A DNA stretch of 64,000 bases from Phoronis australis. Its lineage: Eukaryota > Animalia > Phoronida. The notes below the pieces were generated by a model. The model was not told the DNA's origin, ran no database searches, and saw only the letters and a program-made list of their open reading frames with translations. The translations under genes were made by a program, and so were the position numbers. The DNA lies in contig NMRA01000153.1 in the NCBI GenBank assembly GCA_002633005.1, positions 495,557 to 559,556 of the forward strand, written 5' to 3'. Of this stretch, positions 14,407 to 29,509 are shown piece by piece (within the stretch, counting starts at the first letter, position 1; each line of letters starts with the position of its first letter).

Positions 14407-17008
14407 GCTTGAACTTATCATTTAGATACTATGTTTCAGCCATGATCAGGGGGGTTTAACTTGCACTTGCACGGGTGCTTAGTGAGTGTAGTGCACCTCA
14501 GAGAAGAATCTAATAGAGCGGAATAAGAATAGATAGTGAAAAATTTACCGCAGGATAATCAAAGTCCGGCTGGCTAGCTACGTCCTGGATATAATCCACC
14601 CGAAACTGATTTCCTGGATTTTCTAGTGCTATGGGCGGATTGAGGGTGCTCATTGCACCCGTTATTGTCTGCAAGTAAAGTGAAACAAGATTAGTATCTC
14701 CAACAGAGAAAGGAATGCAAGAACAAAAGCAATGAAATTACAAGACACCCAAACTTCAACATCACAATAGCACTATTGTCAGGGGCTGGGGGTGAGTAAG
14801 ATAATGGTGTGACCTCCAACTCGGTAAAAGTGTTGATTTCACTATTCAGGGCAGCCTAAAAATAAAAAATATGGAGCCTTAAATCAGAGTTCATGAGAAT
14901 GAAAACCGCCAGTTTCACATTCACGTACAGCCAAAAAAAGTCATTTCACAGGTCGCATCCTCTTCATCACTGGCGTGTGCCTTATTCATAAACAGTAATC
15001 CAGGAACCCTAATCAAGAATCTACTACTAATCGCACATCATGGGCTTATCACCGAATACCAAAGCGCCCTTGCCCAAATTCCACAGGATTTACCCACAAT
15101 GCAATTACACATTGATTTCCAGTTAAACTAGTATTTTACAGAATAATGTTTCGACACTAATCACTCTAATGCCACAAAAGTTGTCACAAGCTGGATGGGA
15201 TGCAGTACATTGCTCTTGCCTTTTTAACTAGGTTGAGGGCCAAAGCTCTTGAAAACTAGGTCATCGTGCAAGGTGGTTTCCGCCTCGGTGAAACAGGATA
15301 GATTAACTTGGAAGGCACCTACCCCATCAAGGAAACATTTGACCATTAATTATAAGCTGCGCCCACCCCCACAACAGGATAACAGAATACAAGAGCTGCC
15401 TACCCTATTACACATTATAAAGTATTTGGTCATCCTTCATCCAGATGGCCAGGGTCTAATTTTATTACGGTAAATCTAACTCTTAATTATTTTTGAGACT
15501 TTTTGTTTAACATTAGTGGGAACAAAAGTTAAGCCAAAAAGCCTACACAGTAGTTGGTTCTTGTCTGCTTTTTCTGAAAACCAAGTCTGTGGTGTGGTAT
15601 TTTTTAGTTGCTCACCTTCTCTAAAACGGAAAATCCACCTGAGATGAGCCAAAGGGATAGAGGGAGTTTCAAACCTTGTTGACGTGCACTTTTATGGTTT
15701 TTAAAAAATAAAAAACACAAAACCTTGGGTGAAATTGATGCAAGGGACATTTCGTTTTTTTAGTTGGTGAGTGCAGGTCTCAAAATGAGTCAGGGAACTG
15801 ACCAAAACCAATTTTTCTTCTTTGGCCTTGTTGTCTATTGTTTTGTGCTCAAGTGTCCTATGGTTTAAGCAGATCAATGTCCAAATAAATCATATTTTGC
15901 ACTTGATGACCCCTGCATTATAGCTACAAAATTCCAGTTTTAACTCAAAATCTTGAGTTTTTACTTGAAATCTAGTTTGCAGCTTGAATCATGGGATCAC
16001 CAAATGTGATCTTGAATTAGACACTTATCTGTGAAAACCTTAGTATAGTAGAGCTCAGTGTAACGTAAAACATCAAAAATATTTTCCAAACCCGGAGATT
16101 AGACTCCATGCCCCAGGGAAGCTCTTCTATTTGTTGTTATTTATCTTTAAATGATGGCCAAAAACAAAAAGTGTTAGTCCCAAGTACAAGGTGTCTGGGT
16201 TTACAAGGGACTTTCTGGATTCGAACACAACACATTAGCTGCTTGTCAGGGTTCTGCTTTAAAAAATTAAAGAGGGTGGAAATTAACATATAAGGATGGA
16301 TGACCCCATCCCATTCGGGGTTTGGGGTATATCCCAAGAAAATTTAGACTGGAAAAAGTTAGTTCCTGCGTGTTGGTGAAATCTTCACTATCCCAAACAC
16401 AATATTTAGAGAAAGCCACGGTAAGTTTTGCACAGTACACAGCTGGATATTTAAGACTAGGTGGGTAAACAAATTTAAAGACGGTGGAAAAGAAGGTGGG
16501 ACAATTAAGTTGAGGCGTAATTAAAAAGGTGCAGTGCCCTGCAAGAACAATGCGTGGAGAAACCTGTTCACACAGGTACTTTTGCCATCACAGGTATGCT
16601 GTCTAGATACTCAGCTGGAGGACGCAAGAAATACCAGAGGCAAGTTGCCATCTGGACAAATCTTTGATCAATTTCTACGGTGCATACTTGTATTGAGCAT
16701 GGCTTCGGCTGGTAAAAATTATCAACTTCAGAGTAAAATAAAATAAGAATGAAATGGTTTAATAAGCCAATACTAGCTAAATTCCAAACACAGCATGACT
16801 ACACACAAAACAAGTGTCAACCTCATTGCATCCCTGCATCTAAGTGAAACGGGATGTCCACAACTAATATAGAACTATATTTTTGTTCAGAAATTTTGAC
16901 AAAGTCAAAACTCCCTTTCTTGCGATATTGTCCCCCAGACTGATGAACTGAAGGGTTGATACCATTTTCACCTTGCGGATATTAATTACCTATTCAAAAA
17001 GTAAAAAT

Positions 17009-18225
17009 GAAAGCGCTCCGAGGAGCAAAACTAGGCGAAATTTTAACCAAAAACCATGTTAGAGATGACCTGAAAAGATGACGACAGAGATGATGACGAA
17101 GATGACAGCTATGAAGACGATGGTGGCGATGATGGACAATGCAAGTTAGGATATCATTCATATGACGAATGTAGAGGTCAGAAATTACTAAGAGATAGGC
17201 TACAGTCTCAAGCGACACTTGGCGAAATTAACTGAAGAAAAGACGACGTCGGAGATGACAAAGATGACAAATATGATGATGGTGGTGGAGATGACGAACA
17301 ACATCATAACATTCTTATGACGAACTTAGATGTCATAAAACAATAAGAAATAGGCTACAGTCTAGTTCAATAGAAGCTAAACCAACATCAATGCCGCAAG
17401 AGCGCTCAACAAAGGAACAGCGTTATCAGAAAATCTCAAATAACTCAAAAAGTAGATGTCCTAGCGAAAAATGGAAAACATCTTCTGAAAGGCCGTTCAA
17501 AACTCTATCTAAATTGAAAGTATCACACAATTTCGTAAATTTTTCGAAAAAATGAAATTTTGCGTTTTTTTAAGAAATTCAGTCAAATATCTCGAAAACG
17601 GTAAGTCTGAGAAAAAAATTGGTTCATTTGAAAGAGTATACCTTAGACAATCCACATGCAAAAATTCACGTCATTTCCTCCTCCCGTTTAAATGGCACCT
17701 TAGCACGACTGAAAATGGGTCAACATGCGCCAGATCCACCATCTTGAAAGTAACTTCTGGTTTTTAGCTTTGTATAATAGCAGGTCATAAGAAACTAATA
17801 TCTGCAAAAATTCGAAGGAATTGGCCGTATAATGCGCCCTATACAGGAGAAAAAACGTTTTTCCCGAAATCAAGGTGCACATGTGCGAGTGCCAATATTT
17901 CCGCCATCTTTAACCAGAAGTGAACAATTTCCTGTACACATGAAGTATACATCTGGTCCAATAATTGTGCCGATTTTCAGCCCTGTACATAAAAAATTGT
18001 AGCCTCCAGAAGCCTTTGAATCTTAAAATGAAAACAAAATGGCCGCCACAGCCGCCATCTTGGATCCCATTATGACGAAAAACATTAGGCTTCCATAATT
18101 CCGAAACTACGTATCATGAGTAAATTTCATGATGATCGGACGAAAATTGAGACCTGTATCGTGCGAACAAACAAAAAACTTGATGGAAGAGCAACATACT
18201 TGGTGAAATTTATTTCGCCAAGTAA
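17009..18225 (-). mobile_element. Non-autonomous Helentron-type element (HINE/DINE-1-like architecture)
   Basis: One end has the short palindrome GCTCCGAGGAGC next to CTAGGCGAAAT; the other has the hairpin ACTTGGTGAAAT-TT-ATTTCGCCAAGT whose outer arm is the inverted repeat of that motif. There is an internal ~160-bp GAT/GAC-rich duplication at ~17075-17365. The segment AAAATGGCCGCCACAG..GCCATCTTG recurs at ~55775-55900. Confidence 0.6.
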
Positions 18226-19648
18226 ATTTCGTCAACTAAATTAATAATACTTTGTCCTGATTAATCAGTCCTCTTACACACAACCTGTACAACTAAGGAA
18301 GCGTGAGATCTAAAGAGCCTGATTTTCCGAGAACTACGTGAAGATTCTATTTGCTAAATTTGCAAATTCCAAATATTATTTCAGAAGGAAAAATAACACA
18401 AAACGTTCTGCTTGCTTTGCTTTTTTCCGCTCAATTATGTCGCATGCCTGTTTTACCTTGATGGGAGCATGAGTTTATAGCTTCTCTGAACACAAAAAAA
18501 AACAGCGCCACCTTCAGAAAAGACGAAAAATTACTCGATCACGTCTGCCACAAACATTAATGTCCAGAATAGTAAAATAAAATTGGATGGATTAGTTATA
18601 TTGCCATTTCTTGATAATTAAAGGGTAAAAATATTAGAATTGTGATATCAACTACTGGAATACATGAATTCCCTTTTAAATCTAAATCCGTGAAAGAACA
18701 GAGATTCCATGAATTCTATCAGTTTTTAGTTATTGTGGAGAATCCGGGTCTCTAACGATTAGTATCACTGTGATATTATCAAGACCACAATGCAAAGAGT
18801 AATTTCAATGACTATGAGTTCGTCATCATTAAGCATGAAAATGTTTTCTGACGATCAGAAGACAATGTGATTATTCAAACAATGATGACAAAACAGTGAC
18901 AATAAGCTTACCAAAATTGCATCTCTTATATTCTTTTTAATATCGTCTATTTTCTCCTTTCTTTCACTGCAAGGAAAGGAACATATGAATTAGTATCAAA
19001 GAATGCATACATGATCATGACTATGAAACAATAATAATTGGCAAAATCAAATGTTTGCGGCAAAGAGCAAAGGAACTTTAAATATACACCCATGCACACA
19101 CAAGCAAATAGCGAACGATATTTCACAACCAAAATGTTTATGAATTCAAAACAGTTCATATAATAGTAACACCAACGAGTTTACAGATCTAAAAGAGTGC
19201 ATGTGTACCGATACTTTCTGAATTGAATTAATTCTTACCAATTTTGAACAAAATAATTGCGAAAATTGCACTTGCTTCATGTTTCAAGGACTTCTAATAT
19301 CGCTTTGAATTTTGACAACTTTTCAAAATAATGTCTGTTGATAGCTATTGGATATGGCAAAGCATCATTCCGGTACCATATATAATTTACGCGAAAACGA
19401 GGACATACAATTTCACCTGACACTGAGGCCATATTGTGTCCTAAATTGGTGAGATCTTACCATAGCATTGTCTTTGGTTAAAAATAAAACTGTCAGAAAC
19501 CAAGACTCTTTGGAAGTTAACGGAATTTAACAGCCCCTAGGTGTGAACAATTGAGGCTAAATATAGACATCTCTTCCTGCCTGAATTTGAAATTCAATAG
19601 GCGCATCCACCATTGAAGGATAGTTATAGAAAATACATTACACAACTT

Positions 19649-19787
19649 GGTAATAGTGACATACAAGGGTCCTGCCTTTTAATAACACGTTTTCTCCGCT
19701 AAGTAACAGGCATCAGACTGGTTTTCAAAATCCGACATGCATCAAACTGGTTTTCAAGATCCGGAACCCCTGTAAATGACCATTGGC
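19649..19787. mobile_element. Short (~100-140 bp) hairpin MITE; related copies at 32416-32516 and 56277-56389
   Basis: All three run AATAGT..TACAAGGG-like ... CC(C/T)TGT(A/G)A(A/G)TGAC(C/T)ATT as imperfect inverted termini around a shared ACT(G/T)GTTT..AA.ATCC core. Confidence 0.6.
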
Positions 19788-20491
19788 GTATCACCCGACC
19801 TACTTTTCAAAATGTAAGGCATGAGTTGACTTACAACCAAAGCACATCCAGTGCTGATAATTGTCTTTTTTTGCCAATTTCTCGTTGTCAGCATTGCAAC
19901 TCAAAATACAATAATGCAAGTTTGCCTGCCTTAAATTGATGAATTGCAATTGCACACTAATTAGGGATACGAGAACCAGTACTTTGATGTGAAGAAGCAA
20001 GACAAGTGCTCGACACTTTAGTTGCATTGTGGGTAAAGAATGTAGAAGAGTGATACTATGCTATTTCACGATAGGCCTACCATGATAGCACACCTGAGGA
20101 AAGGTCAAGGACAAAATCACCTCAAGGCACCAGTGTTAAGGGTACTAACACAAACATCTGCATAAGGCTTGCGGCCAGGATTCACACATTTTGCCAATGC
20201 ATATCTCCACCATGTTTATTTCATTATTTCTTCATTTTCTGAACATGAATTACAAAATTCATGTACGTGTTTGAAAGTCCATTTTCATACTAAGGGGAGT
20301 TTGTGTCTGAAGTCTTGGAATAAATGTAATGAACCAGTAACCAAAAATCCAAAATGTTGTAATTTGACTAATCTCCCAACATTTCAAACTCACTGCATAC
20401 GTTTTCAAACTCAAGGCAAGTAAGCAAACCTTGTAAGCAGTGACGAGCCAAAACAAGTTGTGAAGAACACTGTGTTTGCAAGCAGTTGATT

Positions 20492-21128
20492 TAAGATACC
20501 TAAACTACACTGTTATCGGACTGTTCAACATGGTGTCATGCAAAAACATGACTCGCACACCTGCAAACACCGTTCACTCCAACAAAGCAGGCCGAATACC
20601 AGGTCACGTACTCATCGACTTCCTGGGTAAGTAGCGGGGGAAAAGTGATTATTACGCAGAAAGAGAATTGAAACAGAACAGTCCATGTTATTTTGAGAAG
20701 AAAGCAAAAGATAACGGAAGTCGCTGCTCTCACTGTCAGAACTGAGAATTGATGTTACAAAAGGAACTTGTGTGTCAATAAAGTGTAAAACAAATAAGCT
20801 TTTAAAATAACGTTTAGTGTTTCTCATTCATAACAATAACATCACATTACAGACAAACACATGACCAAATTATATTTAATCTCGCACCCATTACACAGCT
20901 GTCGAAGCACATTTCTACATTTTATCCTTTAACTGTTTGGTGGTCCGTGTGTTGTGTTTCTACATGCATGTGAGTCCGCGACCGTGTATTTTGAGTGAAC
21001 GAATTGTGTTTTGTGAGTCCGATCCCATGTATTCGAGTCTGTGAACGGTGTTTGGAAGTACGTGCGTAGTGTTTTTACGCCCGACACAGTGTTTAGCAGT
21101 CTCTTAATCGTGTAGTTTAGGTACCTTA
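20492..21128. mobile_element. MITE with long degenerate terminal inverted repeats
   Basis: Left end TAAGATACCTAAACTACAC is the inverted repeat of right end GTGTAGTTTAGGTACCTTA; complementarity continues inward (CAAACACCGTTCAC / GTGAACGGTGTTTG). Confidence 0.75.
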
Positions 21129-24100
21129 TGATTGTATAAGTACATATTTTTCCTCACTGATGAAAGTAATACAGTGAACCGTAAATGTGGCCATTAAATG
21201 TTGGATGTTCCTTACACTACTTTTGGTCTAAAACACTTTTCTGAGAAAATTTGCATAAAAAATCACATTAGTGACTAGCACGATCAAAGGGAATAACGTT
21301 AATTTCCAAAGTTCCTGTTTCAATGCTCGCTTCAGAGTTCTACTTCATTAAAATGCTTCTAGACAACCTTTTTCAAAATGTGCAGTTTAAAACCCATTGG
21401 CCACTTTTGGTTAGCGACAGGAACCGAGTGTGCAGCAAGTTTACAGTTTGGGAGGAGGAAAAACTGGGATGTCTGCTACATACTTAGGGATGACGGCCGC
21501 GTACTTAGGGATAACTGTTACATACAATAATCCACTAAAGGTTTACATGACAAATCTCTTGAGCTTAGTTTTCTTTCATTTTGAGTCATTATGTAAAGCC
21601 AAGATGACCCAGAATAGAGTTCAAACTAGGCTATGTTGCCATTGACAGTGAATGCAATGATGTAAACATAACACTCAAGTGATCAACAACATTGATAAAA
21701 GTATTGTTGATCAATGAATACACAAAGGTACTGATCTTAGTGGCCAAGTTGTATGTAGTATAACATTGAACAGTCAATATCAATTCAAGGGACCCATCCA
21801 CTCAACAGGCGTGATCACAGCATTCATTCATAAATCTGAAAAGCAAGGATTTCTCTCATCTTCTGAAAGTAAACCCGCGATGAGGTCCAAAGCATGGTAA
21901 AATCACAAGAACTATTGAGTTTCTCAAATTGATGACAAAGATTGCATCTCTCCATGAATATCAAGAATAACATAAATCTATCAAGAATAACATAAATCTA
22001 AGCAATTATTTCTTAAACTAAAGACGGCAATTTGACAGAAGGCCAGATTAGTGTTCAACAGTAAATTATTGCACTAAGTTCAACAGAACCCTGTCTTAAA
22101 GTGGAACTTGCAGGCTAATTCTTTATCTCTGTGACTGCTTGGCCAAATTAGAAACAAAACGATGTGGATATGAAGTAGATTGAAAATTGCCAAATGTTTT
22201 TAAGAAGCGAGTTTTGTGGAGAAAATGATCCGCCGCAAATCAGTGAACCATGTCCAGTAAGTATCGCAATGTGGTGCTATGTGAGCTCGCAAGATACGTC
22301 ATTCGTGCAAAGGTCACAGATTTGCAGAATTTTTTTTCACATTTACAAGTTGTCAGTGAATACAACTGTACTTTGCTTAGCATAGATTATGTATAAAATA
22401 GCATTCGTTTAGTTCCTGCTACACATTAGCATAGTTAGGAGCATGCAAATAACGTTTAATTAGTCCACGTTGAATACACACCTATGTTCAATTTCTTCCC
22501 TTAAAAATATGAATAATAAGCCACAAAGTCAGCATAAGATGGCAGAGGGCAGATTTATGTGCCCTGGACAAAAGGCCAGTAGTCTAATCTGTCCTGTTGT
22601 CCCACAACAGTTCCTTGGTCTGTTTACAGGAACCTAAACTCCAGGTTGCAGAGTAGCAATAAACTGCAGTGGTTGCTAGGCATCAGACCCCTGATTACAT
22701 TATTGAGCTGCATAAAGTGGCAGATGAATTCTGAGCTAAAAATAGCACATCAAGTTTTAAAAATGTGCTGGCTGTGTCCTGGCGTTATATTTGCAACAGA
22801 TTAACGGCCAGGCTGTGTTTCATATATGTAGTAGCACAAAGCCTGTCCTGGTACAGTCCTGGTGCAGTCCTGCGGCAATAGGTGAGTGACTCAATGGGTG
22901 GCATTCAGGAATCAACAGGGAGCATTTCCTACTGCCCTCAGGAGATACATCTTCTTCACAGCAGGTGGCGTAGAGTAACATGTTTGACTTCATGGAAAGG
23001 TCCTTTTAGAGCATGTGATTGGACACGAGGAGATTAAACAGAAGTGAAATCATCACCTCATCATCTAGACACCTGTATTCGACCTGGCCACACTTCACAA
23101 ACATAAGACACTGGTGGGTAAAGGTGGTATGATCACATACTTCACTTATACTGCATAGCTACATTTCACAAGGACTTGCGTGATTTCGCTTTTCTTGCAA
23201 GAAATTTGCTCCACCAACCCAACCCTGATCAACAAAACATGGTTTGAAATTTCAACATCTACCAACAAGTTCCACCAAGTTGATTTCTAGCACACCGTGA
23301 TTGCCCTAATGCTTACGGTAAGACAGTGATGCGGCCATTTCCAACAAACACGGTCGACCACGATGTGGTGTTTTTATTGTAGCACCTCTGTCACTGCAAC
23401 ATGATTTCCAAGACGGTATGGGTATAGTTAGCCAATTAAACTGAGCCGGTTGCTTACAGTCACAATATGAGAAATGACGACAATAACGAACATTGAGAGT
23501 CAAAACTATCAAACTGAACGAAAATCAGATGGACATGGTTTGCCAGCCTATCCTGCAATGATTGTCCCTGATCTGTTGCCATGCACCCTGCAAAGCACTG
23601 GATCCAAAAATAGATCTGAGAAGGTTGGAAATAACATGTGTTATGCAATCTTGCTCAGTAATGGTCCCCTACATGTATTGTATAACATATTTTCAGTGAG
23701 CACTAACTGTCCTTGGAGACCATCCACAAAGAAACAAACCTCATAAGTGGAGAGGCAATTGAGACCACACTTTTGTGATACATACCAATTTACACCAAAA
23801 CTTCACCAAGCCAAAAACACAAAATGTGATACTTCCACAAATGAGGACTGTGTATTTTGTATAAAAGGATTACATTATTACAACCAGAACAAGTAGCTTG
23901 AAGGGAGAGAACTTATTTTAATCAAGTTCCAAGAATATTTTTGTCTTTAACTAAATTGAAACGAAACCAATAAATTGGATTTTTTTCAATGCATTCTTGA
24001 AAAAAAACTTAAGTGAATACCGTGGTAATTTTAAGCATTTCAGAGCTTCTTTTCTTAATATTGACAAACACCACCATGATACCCTAGGCTTGCGGTAATT

Positions 24101-27100
24101 TCAAACCCAGCAGCTGTATTCTTCACCACAAGACAGACAACTGGGGTGAAAACAAAAAGTATTCATTTCATATTAACTTTTCTACCTTGTCTATAAAATA
24201 CTTAATCTGACCTGCCACCTTAACCCAGGTTTTGGCAACACGTCATCCATGAGAAGGTAGTAACATTGTCTTGGCGGCATCCAATAGTGTAGTCACAGGG
24301 CGAGGGAACCAATGTCCATTGACAAGTGTCCTATGGCCAGCAATTTTGCATTTTTATTCCGCTGTTCAAAGTAAAAAATTTCCCTGCAGCCACCATTCAC
24401 TTCATTGCCAACCAGTAAAAATGCTAAAATTCAGGTGTACAATTGCACAGTTACCCCACAAATGAGTCACTTCTATTCTCCCTATCCGCAAAAATTCAAA
24501 TAAGAATCTTCTTCACAATGTAAGAGACTCCCACCTGACATGTTCAAGTACACAGCTCATCTATGACTTTTCAACAGTATGGATCCCAAAGATCCTTACT
24601 TGGGCAGCATTCTGTCGACTAAGTTTATTGACAGAAAAGACCTCGCAAAACCACGTGAGTGAAACATTAGCGTTTCGTGAATATGCTCGGGAGCTTCCTA
24701 GCCTAGACCAGCAAAATGGCGACCACTGAAGTGACTGTCTGGCGAGGTTCAATGTTGGAATTGTGGGATTGAATTCATAAATTATGGAATAGAATTCCGG
24801 CATTTCATCAGCGAAGACTTTTTCGCCACAAGTACAAGCTAATGTCTTAAGCCACATTTACACAGGTGACAACTGTCATGTAGCAACTACCACGGAACAA
24901 CTGATCGGGCGCAAGTGTGTGTGTGCACACACCACTGACACGGAGCAAGCTGACACCGGTTTGAGAGGTGGAGCGAGTTGCACGTGATCAGTTGCTCCAG
25001 TGTCAACTACACGTCTAAACAACTGGGGCAGGGTGGAAAGGGATCATCTTTCAGTGCGTTTGCGCAATAGCGTATATACGGATGATCCGCTGGCATTCCA
25101 CGTGGTTTGGACATTCACTATAGTTTATGGCAGCATACGCAGTCTTTGTGACTCATGCTGATCCAGTTTGCAATCTAATGTTGTGTAAATGCGGTGCAAG
25201 TCTCATTTCTCGTGTAAAAACAGGGGTCTAAGGAACACTGGGTGAACGATATTTCCAAGGTTGGCTAAAAACAATAGAATTCCAAATTTGGTTGGTCTAT
25301 GTAACATCTTCATTCTCAATTGCACCATGGGGTAACTAACCATGTAAAATACCTAACATAGGTGCATAAATGTGGTAATTCAAATTCTACTGGTGCTTCA
25401 GCTTCAAATTAAGTTAGGACAACATCCAGACAGCACTGTTGCATAACAAAGCAAGCCAAGGCCTTGACCAAAATCTAGAGGGAAACAATTTACACTAGAC
25501 TGATGGTAAATCAATAGATATTTGAAGACACCTAATAGCTAAGTCCACCTGAATGTGGTTGAACAGTTGACCCAGATATTGATGCGCCACCAGCCCCAGA
25601 CAGACATTCACTGGGGTCAGACAAGAACATGTGTTAACCATGAAAGCCTGGATGTGAGCAACAGTGCTATTTTAATACAAGACAAATGCTATAAATATAT
25701 AGCATTTAGATAAACAGCAAAAGAGCATTGTTGCCTCTTCACAGGTTGAGACCTAACATGACACGCAATCTGCCAGGGTGCTTTTGGGATGAGGATTAAC
25801 CTCAAAACGATAACAATTTGACGGTCTACAATCGTAGAAATGAAAACGGAGGTTTGAATCCAAGTGAACAAATGTGTTTTTCGAAGACTGTGTTGGTTCC
25901 TGGCCAGGCGGTCTTTATAAATCCTTTGCTTCGTGGATTAGTCAGAGGATAGTCCGTGGATAGACGGTTCACAGAAAGTCCATAGATTAAGCATCACAAT
26001 TGAGTCAAAGAGTGGAGAACAGAATACTAGCTACCAATTGCACGTCAACTTCCAATATTTACTGCAGTAAAGATATCACCAGACCTTAGTCTCACAGAAG
26101 TTTTGTTGAAAAACTCTTCATACCGGGTCTAAGTACTATTAAAGAAAGAAAACTAAAGTAGTGGTGATACAGGATACCATTACATGATAAGCTTTGGAGA
26201 TTGACGTGAATATTACAATCATTCAACTGCAGAACTGGCAAGGCCAAAACACTATAGATTGAGCTGGAGCACTATAAGTTTAAGCAACAGCATAAAATTC
26301 TCAAATGCTTTAAGCAAGTCACCAATGTATGGTTCAAACCAAAGCGGTTATAACTTTTAAATTTGATTTAAAGGTTATAGCTCGGTCTGGACACTTTATA
26401 ACTGGTTGTAACATTGTAACTGTGGTGCAGTTATAACCCTCTGTGAGGGAGGTTTAGTGAGAAACTCTAAACCGTTTAACATTTTGGGAACCCAGCATTT
26501 GTAAAAGTTATATTTCTGTACGTAGCGCTGCTGTAAATTTTTTTTGGAAACAATGGTGCACCAAGGCCTTAACAAAAGCAATACCACTGAAGACTAGAGA
26601 CTAAAAGCAAGAACTAGGGTTACAACGGATTTAACTGTACCGTAGGTGAGAACGGTAACGATTGCACAGCAGTTACAACTGTAGAAAGAGTTAGAACTGG
26701 GTTTAGTAGATCTGTATACAGCTCATAAGTAGCGCATTACAATAACAGTCTGCTACCCACATGAAGTACGAAGGCTGCAGGTAGGTAGTGCATAGGGTTA
26801 AGTAGCACAACTCAGCTTAGAAAGGAAATAAAGATTGTTCAAGATCATTAGATTGGTTTGAACTCTAACCCAGCTCTGATGGGGTGGTCAAACAGATGTC
26901 AAGCAGTTTACTATACTGAAGCCTAAGGGACATATTCTGCCAGCATCTAATCATTAACTGAAACCATGGGATGGTGGTAATGACCAGCCAAACTGGCCAC
27001 TGACCACAACCACAGATCAGCCTCCCTCAAAGGCACTGCTACAAATCCAGGAGGAAAGAACACAAGCAAATTATGACCAATGAGCTCCTTATTCTTGGAG

Positions 27101-29509
27101 ACCTCCTGCAGTGCAGGCACTATCGGGTTACATCATTTCCCAGACTCCATGCAAACTGATTAGGATTTGCTGGTTAAGCCCACTGTGCCTTTGACAGCTC
27201 CCAGGCTACCACTAACCAATTCCACTTCTTTCCTAGTCCTCAATAGCATGTCACAGAAACAATATCTGACAGACAATAAGTTTCAAATCCATGTTTGCAG
27301 GATAGTCTTCAGAATGGGATCCCAAAAAGGTTGAAATACACTGTGTCGTAATCCCAGTCAAAATGTGTAAATCAAGGCCTAAGAGGTGAACGGTTTTAAT
27401 ATTCCAGCAACAGTAAGCAATCATTATGGAAGAACAAATGGAGGGCAATAACCACAGGATAATCAATACTTTATTTAACAAGTGCTCACAGCCAGGAATT
27501 GAGGAGAGGTCGGGCTGAAGGTAATGAGACAGCCTCGTAGGATGATACCGTCTTGAGTGACCCCCAGAGAAAACGTGACAGATTCAGAAAAGGAGCACTC
27601 AGACAGGTGATCATAAACAACTCCCGTGTCATTCTTTGACCAGAGACTGACCAATGACCAATATTGCCTTCAAGATGTACTGATCAACAAAACTCCACAA
27701 TTAGTGACTAGCTGTGGTCACGGATGAGTGGGCAGCAAGCTTTTGATGTGCTTTATCTACACAACAATGAAGGTTGTCAAGAACCTGGTAACAACCAATT
27801 TATGCAAGGATGCATAATAGTAATGGTGTGAATAGGGAATCAATGAGTTGAGTTTATAGATCTCTCTTCAGTAATGGATGTTGTTAACAAAAACAAGTAG
27901 ATAGGATCTGATCAACCATTGGCAATGTTTTCACTAGGCTTTGCCAGAGTGGGAGTGCAACCATGCTGAATTTTTTCTAAATATCGACTTTGGCTACGAG
28001 TCAGAATTTCACAACTGATGACAAGTTTCCAAATTGCTAAAATTCCACCATCTGCGCATGACTAGGTATCTGGGATGAGAAACAGCCAATGAGTCAAAAC
28101 ACATTGAAAAAGATCCCAAACCCACTATCCAAATTAGTTAAAAAAATAGTTTCCCAAATACCGCTAAAGATCGCTTAGTTGCCATGTAGAATGGTGCAAC
28201 AATTTTCAGTTCTAGAATGAGGCACAAGTTCAGATTGAACAACATACTCACAATATGTTGTGCTTTCTACCATGTCCTATTTTCACATTCACGGCCAGAA
28301 TTCAAATACGGAACATCTTCCAAACAATGCCATAACCAAGTTCTCTTATATTTTATGATCCTTGGCTAACCACTTTCCTTCTGGAGTTCCAACGGTAAAA
28401 AAAAATGTATTTAACATTTACTGAGGCATTTTCTTGAATTTTCAAGAATTTCAGAGAGGTCTTTTACTTGCCTGAAGCATTTCATTGTACACAAGGGTGT
28501 AGTCAGGTTCTAAAGAAATACATAGTAGCATCTCCATCAAATGCAAGCCCCTCAGAAGTTTTGAAGCCAATGGCCCCCAAAAAGTTGTCTCAACATTTCT
28601 ATTCTTATGCTGCGTGTAGATCACAGGAAAATCCTAATTACCAAGTGTCATTAAATTATTAATCACAGAAAAACTATGCAAATCTTTTAATACAACTACG
28701 GTAATGTTGTCCCACCATCTGTGGAATATCTGCTTCATTTCTAGCATAAATTATGTTGATTTGATAATTAATGCGGTATGGTATCAACTCTGAAATACTC
28801 TACAAAAACTGAACGATCGACACAAGTCACGGTACTTAAAAACAAATGTAAAAGATTGACAAAAATAGCAGCAGCGGTATGCTCTAAACTTATAGGTACA
28901 ATTTCAAGTTGCCAACATTTTTTAACGTAAAAGCAAGCCTATTTGAAGGGACCATTAAATACAAATCCTGAACATTCTCTGGACAAATTTCAACATTAAT
29001 AACTGTCTGACCCTAATTAATTAAGCACAAACAGTAGTGAAGTGATGTAAAGTAACATGTTTGCCCAATGTAAGTAGACACAGATACAAGATGCAGGCCT
29101 CTGGCACAGTCCTTCACATGTCTTATCTAACATTGCATACATAGTTACACAAGGCCAAGACAACAGCCCATAAAATGTCACAAATTTAGGACACAATATG
29201 GCTGACGAGTAAAATTTTTTCAATTTTTTTCAAAATGATAAATAGCACCCAATTAATGCTTTAAAAGTTTCAAGTTTTTTACCATAGCTTCTGTCAGATG
29301 CTTTGTACAATTTGTGGACATTTCCAACAACGTATGCTTTTCCCCTAATGCCCTTCTATACTACCATTTACTTTGTTCAGATAAGTGACTACATTGTCAG
29401 CATCATTAAACCTTCCTTTATAGCACAGCACATCATAACCGTGAATTCAACAACCCAAAAACGAGAAAACAGAAGAACGGAGAAAGTTTCTTAGCTGGAC
29501 AGACATGAA

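Noticed and set aside
14009-14421. Three overlapping minus-strand ORFs with repeating Cys/His peptides
   Set aside because: Artefact of a stop-free 34-bp tandem repeat read in all three frames; also not CRISPR because there are no spacers.
17075-17365. Asp-rich coding-like GAT/GAC stretch
   Set aside because: It is interrupted by stops, duplicated, and lies inside a Helentron-type repeat.
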